A stretch of DNA of 64,000 nt from Eledone cirrhosa (GCA_964016885.1 OZ024753.1:34906001-34970000); one strand, 5' to 3'; positions 1 through 15,545 are shown, numbered from the stretch's first letter. A program made the numbers and translations. Notes: generated from the letters alone by a model not told the origin.

Positions 1-96
<96 letters not shown>
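1..96. repeat. (AG)n microsatellite
   Basis: Near-perfect AG dinucleotide run, truncated by the window start. Confidence 0.98.
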
Positions 97-98
<2 letters not shown>

Positions 99-174
99 GA
101 AACTAGGTTACCAGATTTTTAGAGTAATACATTATTACTTTGTCCATTATATTCACTCAACTTAACTAGAGTAA

Positions 175-384
175 CCCTTCAGCATTTACATTACTCTATA
201 TACACTATTGTATTTTCACAGTAAACACTTTACTTCACATAATATAGAATCTATGAGATTTTGATATTATTTATTTTGAGAACAATGCCTTAACATCAGT
301 ATGACGACGACCAGTTACAGCCAGTTTGAACAGAAAGAGGTGAGAGAATCCTGGCTGGATACGGCCTGTTTAAATGCTAAAGGG
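175..384. mobile_element. piggyBac-type MITE, family A (~210 bp)
   Basis: TIRs CCCTTCAGCATTTA...TAAATGCTAAAGGG, flanked on both sides by GTAA. Sister copies are flanked by TTAA. CCCT termini with a 4-bp TTAA target are piggyBac hallmarks. Confidence 0.8.
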
Positions 385-780
385 GTAAGGTAAGTGTAAT
401 AAATTAAAGCAATAGAATTTGGTAGAACCATTGATATTCAGTGGTGGCAAATACCAATAGAAAGAGTTTAAATAACAAAATATATTTTATGCCTTGAACA
501 AGAAGAGAGGTCTAACATTTCAGGCAGAACTGAAGTGAAAGGTGAAGTTGGTGCAGCTGAACCCCACAATCAGATTTAATTACACCTACATTAGATTTCA
601 ACTGAGTATCCATGAACTCTTAATTTTATATATTAACTTTGATAGGTTTCGGCCAGTACTGGTCCAGGCCATGTCTAACTTAATAGCACCACCTGGATAT
701 TATCCACTCAGTTATTAGTGTTATACTCTAATAACTTAGTGGATAGAGTTATACTCTACATATATTGATCTAATAACTAG

Positions 781-816
<36 letters not shown>

Positions 817-977
817 CTATCTCTGTAAGGTTGGTAGTCCTGGTGCCATGAAAAATGCTTTCAGTACATGCTGTAAAGTAGTTGGCATTATGAAGGACAT
901 AGAAGAATAGAAGACATGGTCACCTGACCTCACTAACCTCACAATGTTACAACCTGTCTAATCCATGCAAGTGGTAG

Positions 978-1010
<33 letters not shown>

Positions 1011-1140
1011 GATAAACTTGCATGAATTTCCTATTTTATTCTTTTGGAATAAAGTTTAGTATCACTATGGCTACTTTTTTTATTTACATTTTCTTAACAG
1101 TAAGCAAATAATTCAATTATAACCCCCTACTATGTATATT

Positions 1141-1405
1141 ATGGAGGTGCATGGCCTACTGGTAAGGGTGTTGGACTTACAATCAATTCCTTGATTGGGT
1201 TGTGTGTTGTGTTCTTCAGCAAAACACTTCATTTTATGTTGCTTCAGTATACTCAGCTGAAAATGAGTATCAACAATAGCTGGGGGTTTAACCCTGCAAT
1301 GGACTGGCATCCTGTCCAGGGGGAAGTCTTGTACTCTCACTTGCTTAATGCCACGGAAATCAGGATAAGAACCAGCCAGATAAGCCTCCAAGCTTGAGAC
1401 AGAAT
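1141..1405 (+). mobile_element. tRNA-derived CORE-like SINE with CCCTGCAATGGACTGG tail
   Basis: A-box-like head TGGCCTACTGGTAAG, then CORE-like TGTGTTCTTCAGCAAAACACTT...CTCAGCTGAAAATGAG. Homologous copies at ~2545-2748(-) and 50397-50672(-). Confidence 0.75.
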
Positions 1406-2877
1406 GGAACTATGTATATTACAAACATAACCAAATATATACTTGATGGAAATAAACTAAATATTGTTGGTCCATCAAGTTCAAAGAAACCTTAAAACTC
1501 TAAATATCAAAAATAGAAAGTTATATATAAATATATTGCTTCTTATTAAAAGTGATCGATTGGCAGAATCATTAGAGTGGTAGACAAAATGATTTTTGCA
1601 GAGCTTTTAGTTCTGCTATTTTACATTCAGTATTTCAAATCCTATAAAGAAGCGGTAGGGCGGGTGGTCGACTTCGCCTTTCATCTTTTCTGAAGGAGAC
1701 AGAGGGTCAATAAAATAAGTACTTATGAAGCACAGGCATTGATATAATCGACTATACCGGCCTCCTTGTTAAATATGTGGTCATGCTTATGTTGAAAATC
1801 ACTGTTGCTGCCACCACTGCTGCCACTTTTGGTACAAAACTACGTAAACCCACCCCTAGTACTATGATATAAAGCTGTTTATTTTACATCTTTATATTGA
1901 TCAAAAAAACAAAAACTTCCATCATAATTTTATGTAAGAACCTTTGTTATGTTATGTTTCCAACACAAACTTAATAATGAGAAAGTTATAGTACTAAATC
2001 CCTCCAGATTCTTAATTATTTTCAAAATGATTTGAAAATTCTAAGTTGTGTCTTTCATTATAAATACGGTAACAAAAGGGTAAATACCAATAAAAAGCAT
2101 TTTTAAAAAATAGGGAACTTACCGAGAAATGATGATTAGACATTTCAGTAAAGATTCTGCTTTTTCTATAACTTTTATATCATCTCCAAGACTAGTTGTG
2201 TACTGTTCAGTATATTGAGAAAAGTGGTTCCCTAAAATTTTCAAAATTCTATTGGGTAAGATTGTTAAATGTGGACCTTCAGTATACCTGGAAAAGAATG
2301 AAGATAGAGAGAAATAAGATACATTTTAGCATGATTTTATTGTATTTATGTTTTTAAAATATATGAAGGCTGGAGAGAAATGAAGCAAGTAAGTGAAGTA
2401 TGTTAATGTGGATGACCAATGAAGCATGGATGAGCTGAGAGAGAAAAACTGGGTATAAGAGGAATCAGATGTAGTGATGCTTATAGATCCTTGTGTAAAA
2501 ATTGCCAGAAAATCCCAGTGGAAGGTAGCAGATTTATTTAAGTACAAGATTTCCTCCTGGACAGGTTGCCAGTCCATCACAAAGTTAACCTCCAACTACT
2601 GCTGGTATTCATTTCCAGCTGTGTGTACAGAAGCATTAGGAAATTAAGTGTTTAGCAGAAGAACACAATATACTACAAGGTCCAGGAGTCAAACCTACAC
2701 CATTATGATCGTAAGTCCAACACCTTTAACACTAGGGCACACGCCTCTACTTAATAGGTAGTTTAGTGTGTTGTAATTCACTGCTGATACCAACAACAAT
2801 GTAAAAGTGGCTAGTTATTGTTGATGTTGTTGTTGTTGTTGCTGTTTTTACCTAGGATTACCATGTTCAGGTCTAGA

Positions 2878-4573
<1,696 letters not shown>

Positions 4574-4641
4574 CTATCCATATCATGGCATATACAGATC
4601 TCTATGTGTTAATCACAAATGGGGTACAAAAATGTGATTAG

Positions 4642-5184
4642 GAACAAGGCCAGCAACTTGAAGGAGAGCGGGAAAGTCGATTAAATCGACCCCGGTGCAT
4701 GACTGGTACTTTATTTTATCGACACGATAAGGATGAAAGGCAAAGCTAACCTCGGCGGGAATTGAACTCAGAATGTAAAGGGACATAACTATGTGCTGAG
4801 AAGCCTGGTGTCCGTCGCTCTACCGATACTGCCAATCTAATAACAATAATAAATAAATAAATAAATAATAAATAAATAAATGATAATAATTGTTTCTACT
4901 TTTGGCACAAGGCCAGCAATTATCCAGTACATTACTGGTACTTTATTTTATCGACCCCGTAAGGATAAAAGGCAAAGTTAACCTCGGCCGGGATCAATAA
5001 TTGTTTCTACTTTTGGCACAAGGCCAGCAATTACCCAATGTATTACTGGTACTTTATTTTATCGAGCCCGTAAGGATGAAAGCCAAAGTTAACCTCGGCA
5101 GGATTTGAACTCAGACCGTAAAGGGACGTAACTCTATGCTGGAAAGCATGGCGTCCGACCCTCTACCGATACTGGCAATTCACC
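4642..5184 (-). mobile_element. Cluster of S1 SINE copies (full, truncated, full)
   Basis: Repeated GCACAAGGCCAGCAAT...ACTGGTACTTTATTTTATCGACCCCGTAAGGATGAAAGGCAAAG blocks separated by (AAT)n. Confidence 0.88.
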
Positions 5185-5473
5185 AATGATAATAATGAAT
5201 ATAATAGAAATCTCCCACTGACTTCATACAACAGTGAGTTGTCATGGAAACATATCTGACTTTATAAATTTCTAAACAAATGGTTATCATAAACAACATT
5301 ACATTATGTTGTTAACTATTTGCAGCTTTATAAATGGCTATTTAGGAACTTAGCAAATATCTACATTTACAGCGAGTTGAAATATAGCACAATATATATA
5401 TATATATAGTCTAACCCATGCTAGCATGGAAGATTGACGATAAACAATGATGATGATGATCATATATACATAC

Positions 5474-5506
<33 letters not shown>

Positions 5507-5510
<4 letters not shown>

Positions 5511-5950
5511 AAAGAATAGAGGTGTAACACACAAGTTATTATATATTGGTAAACGGAATAGAAAATGCTGACAAATTGTTCACAGTTGAAAAATGGTTTA
5601 ATTAGGAATAAAAGAGTATTAGTGATTGTATGGGTTAGTATTCAGTTGTGGTTTTAAGTTTAAGTTTTTACCGGTTGCGCATTTCTAAATGCTTTTCAAA
5701 AATAATTTTGAGATAGAGTGTCCGTGTTGTTTGCTCAGAGCAAACAGATCAGAGCAAACAGCACGGACACTCTATCTCAAAATTATTTTTGAAAAGCATT
5801 TAGAAATGCGCAACCGGTAAAAACTTAAAAACTTAAAACCACAGCTGAATACCAACCCATACAATCACTAATACTCTTTTATTCCTAATTAAACCATTTT
5901 TCAACTGTGAACAATTTGTCAGCATTTTCTATTCCGTTTACCAATATATA
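5507..5950. mobile_element. Fold-back element P1 (arms ~5541-5736 and 5752-5950) in (TA)n; probable Penelope-like pLTR inversion
   Basis: Near-perfect ~197-bp inverted arms, with a one-sided ~35-bp extension on the left. A degenerate hammerhead-like motif (TTGAAAA-GCATTT/AAATGC-GCAA-CCGG-TA) lies at 5786-5823 and is mirrored in the left arm. Confidence 0.7.
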
Positions 5951-6087
5951 TATATATATAGATATATACATATATAGATATATATAACCCATATCTAACC
6001 CATGCTAGCGTGGAAGATAGACGTTAAACGATGATGATGATATATATATATATATATATATATATAACTGCTTTGTTTTCTTTATCG

Positions 6088-6226
6088 GGACACAGAGGTA
6101 TGAAGTTGATGGACCCGGTCATAAAAGTTACTGAAAGGATTACAGCACATCTGATCAGAGATGGAGTCAAGCTAGATGAAATTCAGTTCAGCTTTATGTC
6201 AAGAAAAATGGACGTTAAACGACGAT
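6088..6226 (+). mobile_element. RTE LINE RT fragment joined directly to an RTE 3' tail
   Basis: Encodes HRGMKLMDPVIKVTERITAHLIRDGVKLDEIQFSFM (N-terminal RT motif YRGIKL..EMQFGF), followed at once by AAAATGGACGTTAAACGACGA. Confidence 0.7.
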
Positions 6227-6267
6227 TCTATTGTATTGAATCTTTGTTTTTTTCAATAAACAAATAT

Positions 6268-6407
6268 CATTATTTCTGAAGACAGCATATATATGTGTAG
6301 GTATGTATATTCCCTCTGATAGTTTGTATAAATATTGTACATAAATCTATAGAATATGCATACCAACTCTAACACATATATATCCTAGAAACGATCGTAA
6401 AATGATG
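6268..6407 (+). ncRNA. Type I hammerhead ribozyme motif with long stem II
   Basis: Stem I CATTATTT/AAATGATG, core CTGAAGA (6276-6282), stem II ATATATATGTGT/ACACATATATAT, GAAA, palindromic CGATCG, cleavage triplet GTA. Confidence 0.65.
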
Positions 6408-6457
6408 AATTTTTTTAATATAAGGAACTGTTTCTTTGTTTATTCATTATTTTATTA

Positions 6458-6505
<48 letters not shown>

Positions 6506-6769
6506 TCATCATCATCATCATTGTTTAACGTCCATGTTCCACGCTTGCATGGGTTTGGACGGGAGTTTTCCCACTTGAGGCAAGAGTGGTTGTCTTGCTC
6601 GCATAGGACTGTCTGGCGGGTTTTCTACAGCTGGATGCCCTTCCTAACACCAACCACATTTACAGTGTGCGCCAAGTATTGAATTGGTTGAAATTGTTTT
6701 TTTTTTCTACAAATTTCTACAAATCTCATACTTGACGACCCAATATATATATATATATATATTTATATA

Positions 6770-7163
6770 GAAATGAGGCAAGCATGCTCCGTTGGATGTG
6801 CAATGTCAATGTGCGTGAACGACCCAGCATGAATGTGTTGAGAAAGAAACTGTGTCTGAGAGGGATAGAATGTAGTGTGCAAGAGAGGAGACTGAGGTGG
6901 TATGGACATGTGATGCGCATGGAGGATGACCGATGGGTGAAGAAGTGCCAGGAAATACCAGTTGAAGGAAGACGTGGTAGAGGTAGACCACGAAAAACAT
7001 GGGCGGAGGTGGTGAGAACAAACCTCAGATCACTGAAGCTCACGGTGGAGATGACGAAGGACTGTGACAAGTGGAGAGATGCTGTGCTGAATAAGACCCG
7101 TCCCACCCTTGCAAGCAGGGAAAAGCGGACGTAAAATGATGATGATGATGATGATGATGATGA
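6770..7163 (+). mobile_element. RTE-clade LINE 3' fragment (5'-truncated)
   Basis: ORF MLRWMCNV...ERRLRWYGHVMRM...GRGRPRKTW...WR, ending at CCCTTGCAAGCAGGGAAAAGCGGACGTAAAA(TGA)n. Confidence 0.92.
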
Positions 7164-7451
7164 TATATATATATATATGTAATCATCATGTAACAATCTA
7201 CTGACAGAAAAATGTTGAACAAGAGACTTGAATAAAATAACATTCAATGTGGTTTTATGTCAATGGATATTTATGTATGTCTACCTACATATGGCATGCG
7301 TAATGTATATATTGTGGCGCGTGTCATCGGCTACTCATCACCATGGTTTTTATTGTTTTTCCTGTCTGTTCGCATACATATTCTTGAATGCATACCTGTA
7401 TGTGCATGTGTACAGACACATGCACATATACACACAGACAGAGTGCTGTTC

Positions 7452-9003
7452 ATATGGTATGGTGTGGTGTGGTATAGTATGGTATAGTGTGGTGTGGCAT
7501 GGCATGGCATGGTATGGTATGGTATGGTATAATATGGTATGATATGGTATGGTATGGTATGGTATGGTATGGTATGATATGGTATAGTATGGTATGGTAT
7601 GGTATGGTATAGTATGATATGGTATGGTATAATATGGTATGGTTTGATATGGTATGGTATGGTATATGGTATAGTATGGTATGGTACGGTATGGTATGGT
7701 ATAGTATGGTATGGTACGGTATGGTATAGTATGGTATGGTAAGGTATGATATGGTATAGTATGGTATGGTAAGGTATGATATGGTTATGATATGGTATAG
7801 TATGGTATGGTATGATATGGTATAGTATGGTATGGTATAGTATGATATGGTATGGTATAGTATGGTATGGTATAGTATGATATGGTATGGTATAGTATGG
7901 TATGGTATAGTATGATATGGTATGGTATAGTATGATATGGTATAGTATGGTATGGCATGGTATGGTATAGTATGGTATGGTATAGTATGATATGGTATAG
8001 TATGGTATGGTATAGTATGGTATAGTATGGTATAGTATGATATGGTATGGTATGGTATAGTATGATATGGTATAATATGGTATAATATGGTATAGTATGG
8101 TATAGTATGGTATAGTATGGTATGATATGGTATGATATGGTATGGCATAGTATGGTATGGTATAGTATGGTATAGTATGATATGGTATAGTATGATATGG
8201 TATAGTATGGTATGGTATAGTATATGATATGGTATAGTATGATATGGTATAGTATGGTATGGTATAGTATGGCATGGTATGATATGGTATAGTATGGTAT
8301 AGTATGGTATGGTATAGTATGGTATGATATGGTATGATATGGTATGGTATAGTATGATATGGTATAGTATGGTATGGTATAGTATGGTATAGTATGGTAT
8401 GGTATAGTATGGTATAGTATGGTATGGTATAGTATGATATGGTATGATATGGTATGGTATGATATGGTATGGTATAGTATGGTATAGTATGATATGGTAT
8501 AGTATGGTATGGTATAGTATGGTATAGTATGGTATGGTATAGTATGGTATGATATGGTATGATATGGTATGGTATAGTATGGTATAGTATGATATGGTAT
8601 AGTATGGTATGGTATAGTATGGTATAGTATGGTATGGTATAGTATGGTATAGTATGGTATGGTATAGTATGATATGGTATGATATGGTATGGTATGATAT
8701 GGTATGGTATAGTATGGTATAGTATGATATGGTATAGTATGGTATGGTATAGTATGGTATAGTATGGTATGGTATAGTATGGTATGATATGGTATGATAT
8801 GGTATGGTATAGTATGGTATAGTATGATATGGTATAGTATGGTATGATATAGTATGGTATGGTATAGTATAGTATGGTATAGTATGGTATGGTATGATAT
8901 GGTATAGTATGGTATGGTATGATATAGGTATGGTATGATATGGTATAGTATGGTATAGTATAGTATGGTGTGGTTATGATATGGTATAGTATGGTATGAT
9001 ATA
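7452..9003. repeat. (TATGG/TATAG/TATGA)n pentanucleotide satellite
   Basis: About 1.55 kb of 5-bp units. It explains the YHTIP ORFs. Confidence 0.97.
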
Positions 9004-9238
9004 GACCTGTATCTTCCGAGGAGTCGTAGGGGGCGCCATATTGACATACAGCATTTCTAGTGCATTTTTGAGGCTTGAATACAGTAGATTTCTCCCAGAG
9101 AAAGATAGAGAGAGAGTGAGTAAATGGAAGTGAAGAAGAGATATGGAGGAAGAATCAACCCCAGTACTTGACTGGTACTTTTTTCTATTAAACTTGAAAG
9201 GACGAAAGGCAAAGTTCTGTTCATAGCTATATTTTAAA

Positions 9239-9489
9239 CCCTTTGATAGCAAACCACCCAAAACCATCCTGAATATATGATACAAACTGCCCATTTCAAA
9301 ATGTTTATCTTTATATTAAAACCTTCCATTATAATTTTATTTTTGAAAATTTTAAGTAATGTTCTAAATATCAGCTTGCTAATGACAAACTTCCTTATTT
9401 CATTAAATTCCTCCTAATTATAGGTTATTTTCAAAATTAATGGAAATACATAGGCAGTATCTTTCTATAGAAATATGGTAATGAAAGGG
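9239..9489. mobile_element. piggyBac-type MITE, family B (~250 bp)
   Basis: Termini CCCTTTGATAGCAAA...ATGGTAATGAAAGGG followed by TTAA. Related degenerate pieces at ~1825-2080, ~14590-14950 and ~15241-15420. Confidence 0.65.
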
Positions 9490-10514
9490 TTAAGGCATTT
9501 GAGGGCTGGTGCTTCATTGCTGGATAATTTGAAGTTATACTTATTCTGTCAGTTCTTATACCTTACTACTTAGGGAGAGAAAAAAACATAGATTGTGTTA
9601 TTCTACTTACAAGCTAGTCTATTGTTTAAAACAGCTTGGCATATTAACAACAAAGTAAGGAAGCTGTTAGAAATAACATTACCACTTATTTATAGTTGTG
9701 TCTTATATGGATGTTACCTGTGTTAGTTGGGTGTGGTTCATATTGCATTGTTGCAATCCAGGAGACAAACTGAAATGAGGATGACATTGGCATGGCAGAA
9801 TATATTAACCTTTTATCATGTATAATTACATCAGCCTTAGTTATTCTTTACATTAATGTATGTGACTGTATGTTGATACTATCTACTGGTTGCATCAACT
9901 GGCAGAAAAATCAACATGAAATAAAGTGTCTTGTTCAAGAACATAACACATCGCCCAACCCAGGAATCAAACTCGCAACCTCACGATTACAAATCCAATT
10001 CTCTAACCACTAAGCCATGTATCTTCACCAAATTGACTAAGTTAAGTCTCATTTTAGATTTGATATATAATACAACCCAGAATAAACAATGTTTTATCTA
10101 TAGAAATTATTTCTAAGTATGATAACAACCAAATTATACTGTCTATATATTTCCTTGTCCAACAACAACTTAAAATATTTTCTTCTCTTCATATAATATG
10201 AGAGAGAAAATAAAAATGGAAAAAAAAAATAGAATATTATATAAAAACTACATAATATGAGAGTTGGAACTTGATGAGGTCTGTCATCCCCATACCAGTA
10301 ATTGATGCAGGTTGGTGGCTGTTTTGTGAGGAGGGTTGGAACATAGTTCAGAAGGATGTGTGTGATTTAACTCTTCCTTGTGCAGTTTGGGTTCGGTGAA
10401 TGAAGTCAAATGTAGGTGTATGGATCACGTTTGGTTGAATTTGTAGATGGCTTAGGTTTGTTCTGGATGTATTTATGTTCAAATTAAGGCAATTGATTGT
10501 CTTAGACAGAGGTC

Positions 10515-10980
10515 TAGCTGTGTGGTTATGTAACCACATTATTTGGGGTTCAGTCCTACTGCATGGCACCTTGGGTAAGTGTCTTCTACTATAGCTTTGA
10601 ATTAACTCAGAGGTTCTCAAAGTGGCCGCTACTGCCCCTGGGGGCGTTGAGAAGGTACAGGGGCACTTGGGCTTAAGGGGGCAGTAGAGATGATATAATA
10701 GTATATTAAATATCAAATTATACATATTATATATAAATATAGTAAAATAAAAAATATATAATATTTATTTATACATAGTATAATATTAATTATTATATAT
10801 AAATTAATGATTTTATTTATTATATATTATTTACAATTTGTGTAAAAATAGAAATAGGGGTGGCGGGGGGGGGGGCACTGAGGGTATTACGTGGCCATGA
10901 GGAGAATAGTGGCTCAAAAAGTTTGAGAACCTTCGAATTAACCAATACCTTTTAAGTAAAATTTGCTAGACAGAAACTGT
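10515..10980 (+). mobile_element. CORE-like SINE (GGTTCAGTCCTACTGCATGGCACCTTGGGTAAGTGTCTTCTACTATAG family) split by a hAT MITE
   Basis: B-box-like GGTTCAGTCC and CORE-like CCTTGGGTAAGTG. The sequence resumes after 10935 as AATACCTTT...TAGACAGAAACTG. Confidence 0.6.
10608..10935. mobile_element. hAT-type MITE
   Basis: TIR CAGAGGTTCTCAAA...TTTGAGAACCTTCG, with 8-bp TSD AATTAACT/AATTAACC (10600-10607, 10936-10943) and an AT-rich interior. Confidence 0.8.
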
Positions 10981-11414
10981 GCATATGTATGTAAGCTTAT
11001 GTTTACCAATTGTTTAAGAACTATTAACTTAGCAGCATGACAAAAAGAGATCAATAAAACAAATACCAGGCTTGGCTGCAGTCTAATGGTTGAAACTAAT
11101 AAAATAATGAAAAGAATATATATATAAAATTGTCCCAAACATTAACTTTATTTGCTTCAGTTAACCTAGTTAAAAATAGCTTCAACCACACCTATTTCAT
11201 GGTTGGGTAATTCCAAATGAAAGAAAATCCACCAGTAGAATACCTGCTTTAGCATTTTATACAAACATCCAACATTATGTTTATATTGATCTGGCTTAGG
11301 ACATAATACAAAGAAATTCGTCCTTGTTGTTGGTATAACAATATTTCTTTTATGTATCAAGTATTGTGAAGCTAAGTTTTCAGAAAACCAAGTCCTGATA
11401 GTCTTTACTCTTTT

Positions 11415-11451
<37 letters not shown>

Positions 11452-11652
11452 TTTCTATAACAATTTGAGGTGCATGCATACACTCTTTGTTTATTAATGG
11501 GTACTGGCAAAGATTGAAATAAAGAGATTTGTTAATTGTGTCCTATTTTTAGATATTCTTGGTTTTTGTTAAAATTGAAAGGATAAAGGTAATGATTGTT
11601 GTATAATTTTCACTCATTAGTCTAAAAGGGAACATTTTTCAAGCTTACTTAA

Positions 11653-11860
11653 CCCTTTAGCATTTACTTTACTCTATATGTACTCTTATATTTTCACAGT
11701 AAAGGCTTTACCTCACATAATATTGAATCTATGAGATTTTGATATCATTTATTTTGAGAACAATACCTTAATATTGGTATGAGTGACCAATTACGGCTGG
11801 TATGAACAGAAAGAGGTGAGAGAATTCTGGCCAGATACAAACAGTTTAAATGCTAAAGAG
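11653..11860. mobile_element. piggyBac-type MITE, family A
   Basis: TTAA-CCCTTTAGCATTTA...TAAATGCTAAAGAG-TTCA; body homologous to 175-384. Confidence 0.82.
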
Positions 11861-12556
11861 TTCATATGTTTTTTAAGTCCCCACAAAACATAAGATGGAC
11901 AACCCATTAAGTATTTTTATCATCATCATCAATATTATTATTTTATGTCCACTTTTCCATGATGGCATTAGCTGAAAGGATTATCACATATCAAGTCAGT
12001 ACTTAATCAATGGGCCACAGGGACACATTTTACATTTGTTCCAGTTTTTACATGGTTTCTACAGTTGGATGCCCTTTCTAACATGAACTACTTTACAGAG
12101 TGTACCAGGTTCGTTTTATTAAAAAGCCAATATTACAGAGGCAGATGTGTCCTTGACATAACTGAAGTCCTCTCAACCCTTTCTTTGTAATGGTTTCTCC
12201 TCTAAACACAACATTGATGATGAGAAAGGCGGGGAGGATGATTGAGTAGTGAGGGCTTGAGTGGAGATGGTATGAGACTAACAAGGTCTGAGAAGCAGGA
12301 ACCATTATAAAAATGGTAGAAGGAGCAGAGGGTGGAGACAGAATGCCTGTAGACCAGGGGGTGGAGAATGCCAGTGAGTGACTTTGTATTGATTAACCAA
12401 GTAGCCTTTCTCTGGAAAATTATTTTTACCATGTTATATATTGATTACTGGAAAGCATATGAAACCACCCTGGACACATAATATTTGAAAATGTTAAGCA
12501 CGAGTAGAGCCTCTCTCTCTCTTTCACACACACACACACACATGCACATACATATG

Positions 12557-12985
12557 TTTTAAGGCCAAGGGTTGGCCTTACAGGCGCCATGACAGGTTTC
12601 ATACACATCATAAGAATAATATCAGCCACAATTAGGTTGTACATTATATTCATGGTCCCGTAACTCATGGTGGAGTTGATGGTGTGTCGTATTGACATAC
12701 AGCATTTCTCAGGCATTTTTAAACCTGGCAAATCCCATCCTCTCTCCAGATCTGAATACAACAAATTTCTTCCAGAGAAGAATAGTGAATGAGATAATGG
12801 AAGTGAGAAAGAGATATAGAGGAAGCATTGACCCCAGTACTAGACTGGTACTTTTTTTTATCGACCTCAAAAAGGATGAAAGGCAAAGTTGACTTTGGTG
12901 GGATTTAAACTCAGAGAACAGAGCTGAAACAAATACCATAAAGTATTCTATTTGATGTTATAATGACTCTGCCAATTCACCGCCT
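12557..12985 (-). mobile_element. Long S1-related SINE with a different 3' body
   Basis: S1 head and core at 12825-12985, plus a distinct body containing TATTGACATACAGCATTTCT that is shared with ~9003-9218. Confidence 0.6.
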
Positions 12986-14259
12986 TGTACATTATATACA
13001 AAAGTAATAACTAAGACACTACCAACCTTATTCTTACAAGACGAGCTGTCAGTAAGGTGAAAGTAGAAAGTGAGTTTAGTGAGGAATTCAAAGTACAGGT
13101 AGGAGTACATCCAAGTTCAAATATGCAAATGTTGCAGAACCATTTCTCTCCTGGTAGCTAGTTTATCATTGTGTTTGTTGCTCCATTTAAGCATAAAGAT
13201 AGTGGTGTTATAATCATTGCTTTTGTATGTAATTTACAAGGTAATTGTAACTAATATATCACTCATGCTTGATATTTTCAAAGTTTATGTGTGCAGGGAT
13301 AGTCTCAAAGGATTTCCGGTAAATCAATCTAAAACATGGTAAAAATAATTTATCTCACATTATACAGTTCAAAATGACAGCTTCATCAATCAGGAGCTAG
13401 TGGTCTTTGAAAAGTTAATCTTGCTGCTTTTTTCCTTTGATTCTTTTCTAGATGGATGATTATACTCAGAACAAGAATGAATATGAAAGCAGATTAAAAA
13501 TATGTAGTTCCAATATAGTCATTAATGTTGTCATTTGAAGAAGGGAAAAATGTAATTTTACTCTAAGTATAAGCTATGTGATTATATCTAAATCACCTGT
13601 AATCTTATTAGATTGTATACTAAGTAGTTTGTGTGTACTGGCAAGCATTTTCATTAGAAGTTAGGATATTTTATTAATAATATCTTACTATTTTCCCAAT
13701 TGCTCCTGTTCTTCTGTGCAGTAATAATCTCTTTTGATGTTATATATCTTCAGTCTTGAATCTTAATTTTATTGATGCAGTATTTTTCAACTTCTCTCAA
13801 TGGAGTTATTTTATTGCACTCTACTTTACATTTGAAGATAATTCTACAGTTTGCTAAATATTTACCTTTATTATTAAAGAATTAGAATTGCCCTCGTCAT
13901 TCAAGGCTTCTATTTAATGTTTGATGTAATATACTTTTGAGCCTTAATGTTCCAAGTTCAAATCTTACCAAGATCACTTTTATCTTTTTTCTCCCCTAGG
14001 TAAATAGTTTTTCAATTGAGCTAATTTACTGTGCTCTAGCATGGCCTTAGTCTCTCAGCTGAAACCCATAATAGAGTAACAGAGTAATATATTTGAAGAT
14101 AATTTCCCAGCAATTCAGGCCCTTTGATCGCATTGTGTCTGAGCATACTTGACCACTTTGTATATTGAAATATTTGACTATTAAATGTTTCTGTCAATAC
14201 TAAACAAGGAAGCATTTACACTAAATATTTGCCTTTCTTTGGTTAAGTTTTCCAGTTAG

Positions 14260-14475
14260 CCCTTAAGCATTTACATTACTCCATATATACTATTGTATTT
14301 TCATGGTAAAGGATTTACATCACATAATTATTTCACATATTATCGAATCTATGACATTTTGATATTATTTATTTTGAGAACAATAACTTATCATATGAGC
14401 AGCTGGTTACGGCTTGTTTGAACAGAAAGAGGTGAGAAAATTCTGGCTGGATATGGTCGGTTTAAATACTAACGG
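14260..14475. mobile_element. piggyBac-type MITE, family A
   Basis: CCCTTAAGCATTTA...TAAATACTAACGG-TTAA; body homologous to the other copies. Confidence 0.78.
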
Positions 14476-15463
14476 TTAAAAAAAAAAGGAGCTTATCTTT
14501 ATTACAGAAGCAGAGCCATCTAAGCCATTACTGATCGGTATTCCATGCTTGATATCATATAGTTTGAAGGCTTATTGTTCCGAGTTCAAATTATACAAAG
14601 ACCATTTTAAAAGTGAATAAAGGTTGTTCCAAACATCAGATTCATAACGAGAAAGTTAATTATATTACTAAATTCCTCAAAATTCTACATGCTTTTCATA
14701 ATCATTGGAAAATTATAAGCAGCCTCTTTTATTAAGAATATATTATTGAAAGGATTAAATTTTTCATGTTGAAATTAACAACCCCATCATAATATTTATG
14801 TAAAAATCTTTTGTCAATCTACGTTCCAAATACTAACTCAATAACAACAAACAACTTATTTTAGTAAACCGTTTTCAATTGTTAATTATTTCCAAAATGA
14901 AACAAACTGAAACAAACAGGATATATATATCATTAAAATATGCTCACAACAAGTTAATAACATGGTAGGTTTCCATTGAAATTAGGAAACTGGCAATGTG
15001 CATTTCTTATGCATGTATCTGAGAAGGACAAGAAGAAGAAGGAGAATGAGAAATGATTGTGGAATTCTGAAACAATTTCCTATGACTGGGCTAAGAGGTA
15101 ATCATGTTCTATTGGCAGAGTTAATATTTAATGTGAATTGTTGAAGAATGGAACACATGAAATTGTATAGTGTTGCAAGATTCAGTAAAGCAGTTGTTAC
15201 CAAAAAAAGAAAAAAAAATGAACAAAGGGAATTATTGCTACCCTTTGGATAGCAAACCTCTTGAAAACAATTGTGGTTCTGTTATACAAAAGAGTTTGTT
15301 TTAAAGTGTTTATATTTATCAGAAAACCTTCCATATTATGTAGGAATCTTTGTTATGTTCCAACTACCAGCTTCACAATGATAACATTAGGCACTGCCAA
15401 TGATTTTCAAATAATCAAGAATTTGGAGGGATTTAGTAATGATTTCTTTTATATATTTTGTGT

Positions 15464-15545
<82 letters not shown>

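Noticed and set aside
7331-9047. YHTIP-repeat ORFs
   Set aside because: They are an artefact of a 5-bp satellite that is open in all three minus frames.
11166-11510. 114-aa minus-strand ORF or exon
   Set aside because: It includes a CA repeat, has no recognisable homology and has no compatible neighbouring exon.
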